Part shown: positions 27,759 to 36,576 of the stretch, piece by piece
Numbering within the stretch: the stretch's first letter is position 1
Layout of the letters: every line of letters starts with the position of its first letter
Source of the DNA: Alphaproteobacteria bacterium
Lineage (GTDB): Bacteria > Pseudomonadota > Alphaproteobacteria > CAAHEQ01 > UBA3637
DNA: 64,000 nt
Direction of reading: 5' to 3'
Assembly (NCBI GenBank): GCA_045118155.1
Contig: JBGUXS010000078.1
Span: 443-64,442, forward strand
Position numbers and translations under genes: made by a program
Notes under the pieces: model-generated
The model's database searches: none
What the model saw: the letters and a program-made list of their open reading frames with translations, nothing else
Told to the model about the DNA's origin: nothing

Positions 27759-28805
27759 AATACGTGTAATCTCGCTTCCTTGCATCAAAGAAAAACCTAA
27801 GGCTTGGGCTTGTTGTATTTCTTGAGGGGTTTGAATATCAAACAAGATAATTTTTTCTTTAGGATAATTCAAAGTAGCAGCCCATTTCATCTGTTGACTA
27901 TTAATCTTTAGGTAATGCATCGGGATTTTATCCCATGCTAAATAGGATATTTCCTCCGGAATGCGTAATAAAAAGAGGGATTGTTGATAACAAGGTATTT
28001 TTTGAATACTTTGCCATAAATCCCGTTCCCAAAGAAAATCTGATAAACTTATTTCATAAGAAATACCTTGATGTTGATACAATTGGTGCATTTCCTGATA
28101 AACGGGTTGGGTTAAAAGATAAGGACTCGCAGAAAAAACTCCTCCTTGTGTTTTGGGCAATTCCTTTTTTAAAATTTTTGTATACAGCGCATTCTTAAAG
28201 GCCCTTTTCAAATATGTATCAGAATCCAATATCACCTTTGGAAATAGAACTTGACGGACATCAATATCTTTACAAAAAACACTGGTAAATACAGGAACCA
28301 TCTCGGTTAAATCATGAACCTGACAAATGCATTGATGCCGTGTTAAATGTGAAACATCCGCTGTTTTTAGCTCTGATAAAATATGTGTGAGAGTTGGGGT
28401 ATCCAAGGGCAATGAAGGAATTTTTTGAAGCACTTTTAAATCAGAAAAATCTGCTGTTGGGGTTAGCTCTTGATGATTAATTTTATGGATCAAAGCATTA
28501 AAATCTGTGATTAAATTAAAAAATGATAATTTATGTTCTTGGAAAAAGGATTTTTCCAGCCCCTTTAATTTCAAGGAAAGCAACATCATATCCTGTAATT
28601 TATTATGGGCAAAAAAGGCAACGCTATCCCCTTCGCTTAAAAAGAACAATTTCGTTTGATATGTCTGTTCAAAAGAACTCAAAAAATGCAAAAGAACCTT
28701 TTTTTTCTCATCTTCTTTAGGTAAAGGAATATAAAGAGCATGCCCTTTAAATGTTCTTTTTTCAAGATATTTGAGATAGTCAAAAACACTATTATACCGC
28801 ATCAT
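27735..28805 (-). CDS. Degenerate GGDEF-like + EAL-like two-domain protein (paralog 1)
   Basis: KLFFLSEGDSVAFFAHN sits where RxGGDEFavll would be. The C-terminal half follows the EAL topology (LLRIPEEISYLAWDKIPMHYLKINSQ, then IILFDIQTPQEIQQAQALGFSLMQG) but lacks the catalytic EAL and DDFG residues. Confidence 0.6.
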   Translation of the reverse strand: MMRYNSVFDYLKYLEKRTFKGHALYIPLPKEDEKKKVLLHFLSSFEQTYQTKLFFLSEGDSVAFFAHNKLQDMMLLSLKLKGLEKSFFQEHKLSFFNLITDFNALIHKINHQELTPTADFSDLKVLQKIPSLPLDTPTLTHILSELKTADVSHLTRHQCICQVHDLTEMVPVFTSVFCKDIDVRQVLFPKVILDSDTYLKRAFKNALYTKILKKELPKTQGGVFSASPYLLTQPVYQEMHQLYQHQGISYEISLSDFLWERDLWQSIQKIPCYQQSLFLLRIPEEISYLAWDKIPMHYLKINSQQMKWAATLNYPKEKIILFDIQTPQEIQQAQALGFSLMQGSEITRILHGNMLT

Positions 28806-29874
28806 ATCCCCTTAAATGTTGCACACACACGCATTGTGATGCTTGATGCGGGATCGCCCCCATTTGCATACACGTTTGTAAAGCACAATCTCCCCCATAT
28901 GGACACGTTTTTTTTCGAGAAGCCGCATGAATCAAATCAATAAAATCACCTTGAAAAAAGGTATATGGGGAAGACAGAATTTGAGTTAATTTTTCTTGCG
29001 TATCCACTCCTGTTACAAAAACAGGAACATGATTGATTGATTGTGTTAAACAAACTTCTACGGGAAGAAGTAAAAAATCAGCTTCTAATAAATCAAAACG
29101 ATAAAAGGCCGTTTCTGCAGTAATGCCCCCAATACCTAACCGATACTGTTTTCCTGGACGAGTTAGGGCTTCCTTATACAGATTTTTATTTAACAAGACT
29201 TCTGCAATATCTAAAATAATCCAAACTGGGTCATTATTTTCAATCCAAGCACTTTCCAACGTTCCTTGCACCATCAAAGGCAATGTCGTTTGTTTAAACA
29301 GCTCTTTATTTGGGTGTTGCAATAATTGTTTCTGTATTTTCTGAACTAACCACATTGGAAGCTGATCCATATTGTTTTTTAAGGTCCATGTATATCCCCA
29401 CAGAGAGTTGCTCCCCTTTTGATAAATTACCCGCCTAAACCAACTATTTTTTTCGGGAATATCTTTTAAAAAAGCCTCATAATCAACCTCTTGATTCGTT
29501 TGCTTTTTAGCTATCTGAATCAGGGACAAAACCCCCATCAAATCCTGTGGTAAATGGAACAAGCGTACATTTTCTTCTTTTTTTCCTGTTTGAATTTGAA
29601 AAAATGTTTGAATTTGGCGCATCACATCCACAACTTGATGTTCATCAAGATCAACCCCTATTAATAAACGATCTTGTTGTTCAAATGTAAAAAGCCGACA
29701 ATATTCATACGCTAATAACGGTTCTAATAAATGTTCTATGACGTGCATCAACCTTTCGGCCCCTGGCAGACCTAATAATTGACTTGTCCCTATCCAAAGG
29801 ACAACCGACGGTGTTTCTAAAGCAGCGACACGCTTTATTGTTTCTAAGGCCAGTTGTTCTTGTGTCTCATACAT
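28792..29874 (-). CDS. Degenerate GGDEF-like + EAL-like two-domain protein (paralog 2)
   Basis: CRLFTFEQQDRLLIGV sits in the GGDEF position. VIYQKGSNSLWGYTWTL corresponds to YQPi...g.EaL, followed by RLGIGGITAETAFYRFDLLEADFLLLP and VFVTGVDTQEKLTQILSSPYTFFQG. It overlaps paralog 1 by 14 nt. Confidence 0.6.
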   Translation of the reverse strand: MYETQEQLALETIKRVAALETPSVVLWIGTSQLLGLPGAERLMHVIEHLLEPLLAYEYCRLFTFEQQDRLLIGVDLDEHQVVDVMRQIQTFFQIQTGKKEENVRLFHLPQDLMGVLSLIQIAKKQTNQEVDYEAFLKDIPEKNSWFRRVIYQKGSNSLWGYTWTLKNNMDQLPMWLVQKIQKQLLQHPNKELFKQTTLPLMVQGTLESAWIENNDPVWIILDIAEVLLNKNLYKEALTRPGKQYRLGIGGITAETAFYRFDLLEADFLLLPVEVCLTQSINHVPVFVTGVDTQEKLTQILSSPYTFFQGDFIDLIHAASRKKTCPYGGDCALQTCMQMGAIPHQASQCVCVQHLRGYDAV

Positions 29875-29899
29875 TTTTTCTTCCTAAACTTGAGCTTTC

Positions 29900-29927
29900 A
29901 GTATAAAGGATATCCTTGAAAAAACAA
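29900..29927 (-). promoter_or_regulatory. Candidate promoter (TTGTTT-16-TATACT) for the GGDEF/EAL-like operon, with a 12-bp palindrome in the spacer
   Basis: The minus strand reads TTGTTTTTTCAAGGATATCCTTTATACT. The perfect palindrome AAGGATATCCTT (29906-29917) abuts the -10. Confidence 0.4.
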
Positions 29928-29980
29928 CTTGTTTTTTTGGGAAAAATCTTGCATACTCCTTTCAATAGGAGGAATCACAC

Positions 29981-31951
29981 ATGCATTACTTAACAGGGGA
30001 AGAAGTTTCTGTCACATCCTTAAAAACAATAGCCCAAGAATTTGGTTTTATGTTGTGGCCGCACCCCGATGATCCTTTCTTATTGCATAAAACACCCTAT
30101 CAAAGTTTTCCAGAAATGCTTTCTGTCCTTACAGATCATATTACAGAAAAAAAACTTAATTCCCTCTTCACTTTCCCTGTTTCTTTCATCTTAGATGCGA
30201 ATGCACAATCTGAATCCTTACATAACTTCTTTAAATATCAAGCCCGTAACCAATTGGATAAAACCATCGGTGTCTTGCTAACTTGCCCCGTTATTTACGC
30301 CTGTGATGTTGCGCAAATTTTTACCGAAGCCTTACATCAACGATTACACTTTCCTAGCACACGTTACAGTAATATTCATATGGCTATTCATGAAGCGCTC
30401 GTCAATGGTTTAGTGCATGGAAATCTAAAACTACCTAGTTCTTTACGGCAATCAGCTCGTGATTTCGTTGATTACGCCCGCATTGTTAATGAACGCTTAT
30501 TAGACCCTGCCTATGCTAATAAATCCATCAGTATTTGGGCTACTTGGAATACCTCTAGATTGGAAATTAAGATTCGGGACGAAGGGGCTGGATATACGGT
30601 TTTACCCCCCCATAAAAAACATGTGGCAGAAAAACGTTCTGGACGGGGGCTTTATCTAATTGCCGGAACTGCTGATTCCTGCACAATTGATGATTTTGGG
30701 CGAGAAATCACATTATCTTTTATTCTAAATAATCTAAACAACGAACAAGATATCGGGGTTTCTGAAAATGCGGCTTTACTGCATGATCCTGTAACCGATT
30801 TTTCGGATTGTCGTATTTTAATCATTGAAGATAACCCCAGTAATCAAATCTTGGTTTCACAACTTTTAAACGTGGTTGGAATTGGTCATATTGAAACAGC
30901 TCAAGATGGGGTTGAAGGCCTTGAAAAAGCATTCAGTATGAAACCAGACTTAGTCATTTTGGACATCACTATGCCCCGAATGAATGGATATGAAGTACTT
31001 CACCAACTCAGAACAAATCAAGATACGGCCTCTATCCCGGTTTTAATTCAAACGGCTTCTGATACACGGGCAGCACGGGATAAAACTTTTAGTGCGGGGG
31101 CAACAGACTTTATCACAAAGCCATTAAATCCTTTGGAATTTTTCTCTCGGATACGGGTACACTTAGAAAATAGATTACTTGTAAAACATCTTGAAACGAA
31201 ACTCGCTCAAATCAATGAAGAACTAGAACTTGCCCAAAAAATGCAAGAAAGTTTATTACCCCCCACGGAAGCACTTCAAGATATCAGCCAACGTTATCAT
31301 CTAGATATTTCTTATACGTTCTTACCTTCTTCCCATTTAGGGGGGGATTTCTGGCAAATTTTTCCATTGGCTAAAGATAAGGTCGCTTTTTATATTTGCG
31401 ATTTTTCGGGACATGGGGTAAGTGCTGCCATGAATACGTTCCGATTACACACCTTAATCGGGCAAATGGATATGACGGCATTGAAAAAGCCTTCCGAATT
31501 TCTTTTTATGCTTAATAATTCTTTGGTCAACTTGTTGCCCAGGGGACAATTTGCTACTTTCTTCTTTGGTATTTTAAACAAGCGACAAGGAACATTAACA
31601 TATGCTGGGGCCAGTTCGCCCTTCCCTATTTTGGTTAAGGACAACAAACCCTCTTTCTTAGATACTTCCGGGATGCCTTTGGGAATTTTAAAGGACGTTA
31701 CTTATAAAGATAAAAAGGTACCATTTTCCAAAGAAATGGGCATTTTACTATACAGTGACTCTTTCACTGAACAACAAAATAAAGAAGGAAATCGCCTTGA
31801 TTATGATGGTTTTATGAAAATGACTCAGACGTGTTTCTCAGAAAAAACATCTCAACAAGTCATTGCCCAAATCATGCAAAAATTTCATGAATTTTCTGAC
31901 ACCCCTAGTACCGATGATATTACGGCTGTCTATTTGAAAGGCCTCTTATGA
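29981..31951 (+). CDS. Fusion protein: RsbW/SpoIIAB-like HATPase kinase domain + response-regulator receiver + PP2C (SpoIIE/RsbU-type) phosphatase
   Basis: N-box HEALVNGLVHGN, G1 IRDEGAGY and G2 SGRGLYLIAG. REC: ILIIEDNPSN, DLVILDITMPRMNG and ITKP. PP2C: GGDFWQIF, YICDFSGHGVSAAM and TDDITAVYLK. Confidence 0.85.
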   Translation: MHYLTGEEVSVTSLKTIAQEFGFMLWPHPDDPFLLHKTPYQSFPEMLSVLTDHITEKKLNSLFTFPVSFILDANAQSESLHNFFKYQARNQLDKTIGVLLTCPVIYACDVAQIFTEALHQRLHFPSTRYSNIHMAIHEALVNGLVHGNLKLPSSLRQSARDFVDYARIVNERLLDPAYANKSISIWATWNTSRLEIKIRDEGAGYTVLPPHKKHVAEKRSGRGLYLIAGTADSCTIDDFGREITLSFILNNLNNEQDIGVSENAALLHDPVTDFSDCRILIIEDNPSNQILVSQLLNVVGIGHIETAQDGVEGLEKAFSMKPDLVILDITMPRMNGYEVLHQLRTNQDTASIPVLIQTASDTRAARDKTFSAGATDFITKPLNPLEFFSRIRVHLENRLLVKHLETKLAQINEELELAQKMQESLLPPTEALQDISQRYHLDISYTFLPSSHLGGDFWQIFPLAKDKVAFYICDFSGHGVSAAMNTFRLHTLIGQMDMTALKKPSEFLFMLNNSLVNLLPRGQFATFFFGILNKRQGTLTYAGASSPFPILVKDNKPSFLDTSGMPLGILKDVTYKDKKVPFSKEMGILLYSDSFTEQQNKEGNRLDYDGFMKMTQTCFSEKTSQQVIAQIMQKFHEFSDTPSTDDITAVYLKGLL

Positions 31952-32655
31952 TTCGGGTGTATATAGAGGCTCTGGACCCTAAAAAACCAACACCTCTTTC
32001 TGTGGATCACTATCATTATTTGGCCCACGTTATGCGTTTAAAAGCGGGGGACAGTTTTTTAGCGTTTAATCAACTTCAAGGGGAATTTTTAGCTGTATTT
32101 CAACCTAAAAACAAAAAAGAAGGTCATCTTTTACTACAAAAACAAACGCGTTTACCAGAACAACCTCGTCCGCCTGTAACACTTTATATCGCCCCTATCC
32201 GAAAAGAAAAAATGGAACTTGTGTTACAAAAGGCAACAGAAATTGGCGTAGAGATCATCCAACCTATTTTAACGAAACATACATGCCATCGGCCTTTATC
32301 AAAAGAACGGGCGGATATTATTATAAAAGAAGCGGTAGAACAATCTGAACGGCTGACATTACCTAATTGGCTTCCCCCTATATCTTTGGAAGAACTTCTT
32401 ATTAAACGTTCAACAGATATCCCTCTTTTTTACCTATCCGAACGAGGGGAAACGCAACATATTTCTTTGCCCGCCCCTCCTATAAGCTTTCTTATCGGAC
32501 CAGAAGGGGGATTTTCTAAGGAAGAAATTACCTTATTAGGTCAACAAAAAAACGCCCAAGCTATCAACCTAGGCGCTTTTATTCTACGGGCGGAAACAGC
32601 CGCTATTGCTATGCTAGCGACCTACCGCTTTCATAAACTGTTTTATACAGCTTGA
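31948..32655 (+). CDS. rsmE: 16S rRNA (uracil1498-N3)-methyltransferase
   Basis: HYLAHVMRLKAGD, KMELVLQKATEIGV, FLIGPEGGFSKEE and ILRAETAAIA. Confidence 0.9.
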   Translation: MIRVYIEALDPKKPTPLSVDHYHYLAHVMRLKAGDSFLAFNQLQGEFLAVFQPKNKKEGHLLLQKQTRLPEQPRPPVTLYIAPIRKEKMELVLQKATEIGVEIIQPILTKHTCHRPLSKERADIIIKEAVEQSERLTLPNWLPPISLEELLIKRSTDIPLFYLSERGETQHISLPAPPISFLIGPEGGFSKEEITLLGQQKNAQAINLGAFILRAETAAIAMLATYRFHKLFYTA

Positions 32656-32831
32656 CGTAGTTTTTCCTCACAGCAACACTTTTCTTCAACAAACCATATA
32701 CGATCTTCAAATTCGGATTTTTTCCCCTTATTGAATTGGCTAACAGGACGAAAATACCCCATAACCCGTGTCCAACATTCCACCGCTTGACGTTCATTAG
32801 AAAATTTTTCTAAAATTTGGTTATCTGTCAT
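32643..32831 (-). CDS. Glycyl-radical peptide of anaerobic ribonucleotide reductase, encoded as a separate 62-aa ORF
   Basis: TRVMGYFRPVSQFNKGKKSEFEDR matches the NrdD C-terminal glycyl-radical motif (RxxGY...N.GK..E...R). Its ATG overlaps the stop of the 689-aa nrdD ORF (ATGA). Confidence 0.7.
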   Translation of the reverse strand: MTDNQILEKFSNERQAVECWTRVMGYFRPVSQFNKGKKSEFEDRIWFVEEKCCCEEKLRQAV

Positions 32832-34897
32832 GCTTTGTTCTCCTTTTCTGCAAGTTCTTGACGTTTTTTTTCAATGAGTTCCGCATCACACTTTGGGCAG
32901 AACTTGTGTTCCCCACTAATATACCCATGCTTGGGGCAAATAGAATAGACAGGGGTAATAGAAACATAAGGAAGATGATAATTTTCTAATACCCGTCTAA
33001 TAAGTGATTTACAAACACTTGCTGAAGAAATCCGTTCATTCATATACAGGTGCAAAACCGTTCCCCCTGTATACTGTGTTTGCAATTCATCTTGATAATC
33101 CAACGCTTTAAACGGATCATCTGTGAAGTTCTGTGGTAATTGAGAAGAGTTTGTATAATAGGGGGCCTCTTTCTTTCCTGCTTGAATAATACCAGGATAG
33201 CGTTTTTGATCTTCTTTGGCAAAACGATATGTTGTCCCTTCAGCTGGCGTTGCTTCCAAATTGTACATATTTCCTGTTTCTGCTTGGAAATCCAGCATTT
33301 TTTCCCGAATATGTGTTAAAAATTCTTTAGCCATCGCCCGCCCTTTTTCCGAAGCAATGTATTCTTCATCATTAGTAAAGTTCCGAATCATTTCATTAAT
33401 ACCATTAACCCCAATCGTGGAAAAATGATTTCGGAATGTTCCTAAATATCGCCGTGTATAAGGATACAACCCCCGATCCATGTGCATTGAAATGGTTTTA
33501 CGTTTAATTTCTAAGGAAGTCTTCGCTAATTCCAGTAATTCATCCAAACGTTTATACAATTCCTCTTTCTTCCCCTTATACAGGTATCCCAAACGGGCAC
33601 AGTTAATTGTAACAACCCCAATAGACCCCGTTTGTTCTGCTGAACCAAATAAACCACCACCTCGTTTTTTCAATTCCGTCAAATCCAACCGTAACCGACA
33701 ACACATTGAACGAATATCTGAAGGCTTCATATCAGAACTAACATAGTTTGAAAAATAGGGTAATCCATATTTAGCCGTCATTTCAAATAACAATTCCGTA
33801 TTTTCAGAATCCCATGGGAATTCATTTGTAATATTGTATGTCGGGATAGGGAAAGTAAACGGCCGCCCTTTGGCATCCCCACTTCCCATAACTTCTAAAT
33901 AAGCCCTATTAATCATATCCATTTCTTTTTGCAGATCACCATAAACAAAATCTTGTTCCACCCCCCCAATGATAGGGTGCCGATTCTTCAAATCTTCAGG
34001 GCAATTCCAATCAAAAGTTAAGTTCGTAAAGGGTGTCTGTGTCCCCCAACGCGATGGTACATTCAAGTTAAAGATGAAGGATTGCATCGCTTGTTTTACT
34101 TCTTCATAAGGTAATTTTTCAATTCGTATAAATGGTGCTAAGTACGTATCCACAGAAGAAAACGCCTGTGCCCCAGCCCATTCATTCTGCAAAGTCCCCA
34201 AGAAATTAATCATCTGGCTAAACGCAGAAACAAGGTGTTTTGGCGGTTTAGATTCTGTCTTATTGGGAACCCCATTAAAACCTTCTTCTAATAAAACCCT
34301 TAAGGACCACCCTGCACAATACCCACTCAACATATCCAAATCATGAATATGATAATCCCCATTTCGGTGAGCTTCCCCAATTTCTGGCGTATACACGTGG
34401 CTCAACCAATAATTGGCCACCACCTTTCCTGCCGTATTTAAAATCAATCCCCCTAAGGAATATCCTTGATTAGCATTTGCGTTCACCCGCCAATCTGACC
34501 GATCTAAATATTCATTAATAGAAGCCACCGCATCAATAACCGTTTTCTTATCATTCCGCATTTTTCCGCGTTGTTCACGGTACACGATATAAGCCCGGGC
34601 AGTTTTGTAATAATTAGAGGAAATTAAAACCTGTTCAACCACATCTTGAATTTGCTCAATATTAGGATAAACCCCGAAAGCAAACCGATGCTTTAAAACC
34701 TTAATAACTTGTCTTGTTAATAACCACGCTTCATCTTGACCGAATTCAGCCGTTGCTTCCCCAGCTTTCAAAATAGCAACCATAATTTTAGTCACATCAA
34801 ACGGATACTGTTGCCCATCCCGTTTAATTACATAGCTCAACGGACTAATATCAATGGTTACATTTAGCGGCTGGGCTCCTGTCAAAACTTGCAACAT
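32828..34897 (-). CDS. nrdD: Anaerobic (class III) ribonucleoside-triphosphate reductase, large part lacking the glycyl-radical segment
   Basis: ATP-cone (VIKRDGQQYPFDVTKI), catalytic core (SMCCRLRLD, GSIGVVTINCARLGY, NLEATPAEG) and Zn-ribbon CPKHGYISGEHKFCPKCD. It then stops after a K/E-rich tail. Confidence 0.9.
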   Translation of the reverse strand: MLQVLTGAQPLNVTIDISPLSYVIKRDGQQYPFDVTKIMVAILKAGEATAEFGQDEAWLLTRQVIKVLKHRFAFGVYPNIEQIQDVVEQVLISSNYYKTARAYIVYREQRGKMRNDKKTVIDAVASINEYLDRSDWRVNANANQGYSLGGLILNTAGKVVANYWLSHVYTPEIGEAHRNGDYHIHDLDMLSGYCAGWSLRVLLEEGFNGVPNKTESKPPKHLVSAFSQMINFLGTLQNEWAGAQAFSSVDTYLAPFIRIEKLPYEEVKQAMQSFIFNLNVPSRWGTQTPFTNLTFDWNCPEDLKNRHPIIGGVEQDFVYGDLQKEMDMINRAYLEVMGSGDAKGRPFTFPIPTYNITNEFPWDSENTELLFEMTAKYGLPYFSNYVSSDMKPSDIRSMCCRLRLDLTELKKRGGGLFGSAEQTGSIGVVTINCARLGYLYKGKKEELYKRLDELLELAKTSLEIKRKTISMHMDRGLYPYTRRYLGTFRNHFSTIGVNGINEMIRNFTNDEEYIASEKGRAMAKEFLTHIREKMLDFQAETGNMYNLEATPAEGTTYRFAKEDQKRYPGIIQAGKKEAPYYTNSSQLPQNFTDDPFKALDYQDELQTQYTGGTVLHLYMNERISSASVCKSLIRRVLENYHLPYVSITPVYSICPKHGYISGEHKFCPKCDAELIEKKRQELAEKENKA

Positions 34898-35056
34898 ATA
34901 GTCTTTCCTTTCTTAAAAATTACTAAATATAGTTGTTTTACTCCTTTTTTTCTTTTTCTAGTCAACCGTTTTTCTCCCCCAAAGTCAATAGCTATTTTAA
35001 AAATAAAACAACTTTTTTTTAAACTCATTGAAAAATAGAAATATTTTTTAATGAAT

Positions 35057-35758
35057 CTATAACAAGCCCTCACGCATCAAAGATGTTACGGATTCTTTTC
35101 CTATGATTAAACTATCAAAAATATCTATATGCAATGGACGTAAAACAGCCTTTATTAGGCGGGTAGCTGTAATATCTTCTTCCGAGGGAATGGCCTCCCC
35201 TGACGGATGATTATGCACCAAAATGATATGACTAGCCCGTTCCACAATAGCCCGTTGTGCAATAACTTCCACAGGGATATGAACCATACGTTTTCCCCCT
35301 TTTTGAATAAGTTCATCTTTCAACAGGTACAATTGGGCATCCAATATCAATAAATGCAGTTCTTCCTCTGTTTTGTGGGCATAATTTAAATGGCAATAAT
35401 CCACTAGATTATCCCAATTTTCTAAAATGGGACGTTGAATCACTTCTAATTTTTTAGCCCGTAACGTCAATTCTAAACAAAACTTAAAAAAGGCCGCAGA
35501 TGTTTCTTGTAATCCTTTTATACTTACTAATTCTTCAACAGGGGCTTGCAAAATTCCCAAAATACTTTGAAAACGATCCATCAGTCGTTTTGCAATAGGG
35601 CGTACATCACATCTAGGGATCACAAACATCAAGCCCAATTCAACAAGATCTGTATCAGAAAGGGCCTCTGGTAACGTCAAAAACCGTGTCCGTAACTTCT
35701 GCCGATGTCCCGTATGGATATACCCAGCATCTTTGGTGGTCTTTGACGTTGTTTTCAT
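35057..35758 (-). CDS. radC: RadC-family JAB-domain protein
   Basis: HhH region, then HIILVHNHPSGEAIPSEEDITATRLI (JAMM motif). Confidence 0.88.
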   Translation of the reverse strand: MKTTSKTTKDAGYIHTGHRQKLRTRFLTLPEALSDTDLVELGLMFVIPRCDVRPIAKRLMDRFQSILGILQAPVEELVSIKGLQETSAAFFKFCLELTLRAKKLEVIQRPILENWDNLVDYCHLNYAHKTEEELHLLILDAQLYLLKDELIQKGGKRMVHIPVEVIAQRAIVERASHIILVHNHPSGEAIPSEEDITATRLIKAVLRPLHIDIFDSLIIGKESVTSLMREGLL

Positions 35759-36567
35759 TACCTTTCTTCCGCTTGCAGTATATTATTTTTAGAAGGATTT
35801 TTAACAAAGTTCAAAATATCTTGGACATATATATTCTTTCCTAAAGTAGGATCTTCTTCTACCTGTTGTATACGTTCAACAAATGTTGTTCCTTCCTTTT
35901 TGGTAAACAACGCCTTATACGCTTTTTGCAAAACGAAGATATCTTCTTTAGACATACCACGACGTTGCAACCCAATTAAATTGAGCCCTGCTAAATGCGA
36001 AGGGATTCCCCCTAGGGCTATCCCATAAGGAATCACATCCCGTGTAATTCCACACATAGCCCCTATCATCGCACCTTTCCCAATTCTGGTAAATTGCAAA
36101 ACCCCTGCCATCCCCCCAACAGTCACATTATCTTCTACTTTTACATGACCAGCTAAGCTAGCATTATTACTCATAACAATATTGTTTCCTAATTTGCAAT
36201 CATGAGCAATGTGGCTATACGCCAAAAAGAAATTATCATTTCCAATACGGGTAATATTATCATCTACATCTGATCCCCCGATGTGAACAGTAACCCCTTC
36301 TCTAAAAGTGTTTCTATCCCCAATAATTAACAAACCATCCGTTGCATCACAACGTTTATGTTGATGCATTCCCCCAATGGTTGCGAACTGGTACACCGTA
36401 CATCCAGAACCCATCGTTGTATGCCCATCAATCACCGCATGAGAAATTACTTTACAACCTGCCCCCATTTTAACAAAAGGACCTATCGTACAAAAGGGCC
36501 CTATTTCAACATCTTCTGCAAGTTCTGCTTTTGGATCAACAATACTAGTAGGATGAATTTTAACCAT
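35758..36567 (-). CDS. lpxA: Acyl-ACP--UDP-N-acetylglucosamine O-acyltransferase
   Basis: IHPTSIVDPKAEL, hexapeptide repeats and GLNLIGLQRRG. Confidence 0.93.
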   Translation of the reverse strand: MVKIHPTSIVDPKAELAEDVEIGPFCTIGPFVKMGAGCKVISHAVIDGHTTMGSGCTVYQFATIGGMHQHKRCDATDGLLIIGDRNTFREGVTVHIGGSDVDDNITRIGNDNFFLAYSHIAHDCKLGNNIVMSNNASLAGHVKVEDNVTVGGMAGVLQFTRIGKGAMIGAMCGITRDVIPYGIALGGIPSHLAGLNLIGLQRRGMSKEDIFVLQKAYKALFTKKEGTTFVERIQQVEEDPTLGKNIYVQDILNFVKNPSKNNILQAEER

Positions 36568-36576
36568 AATCCCTCC

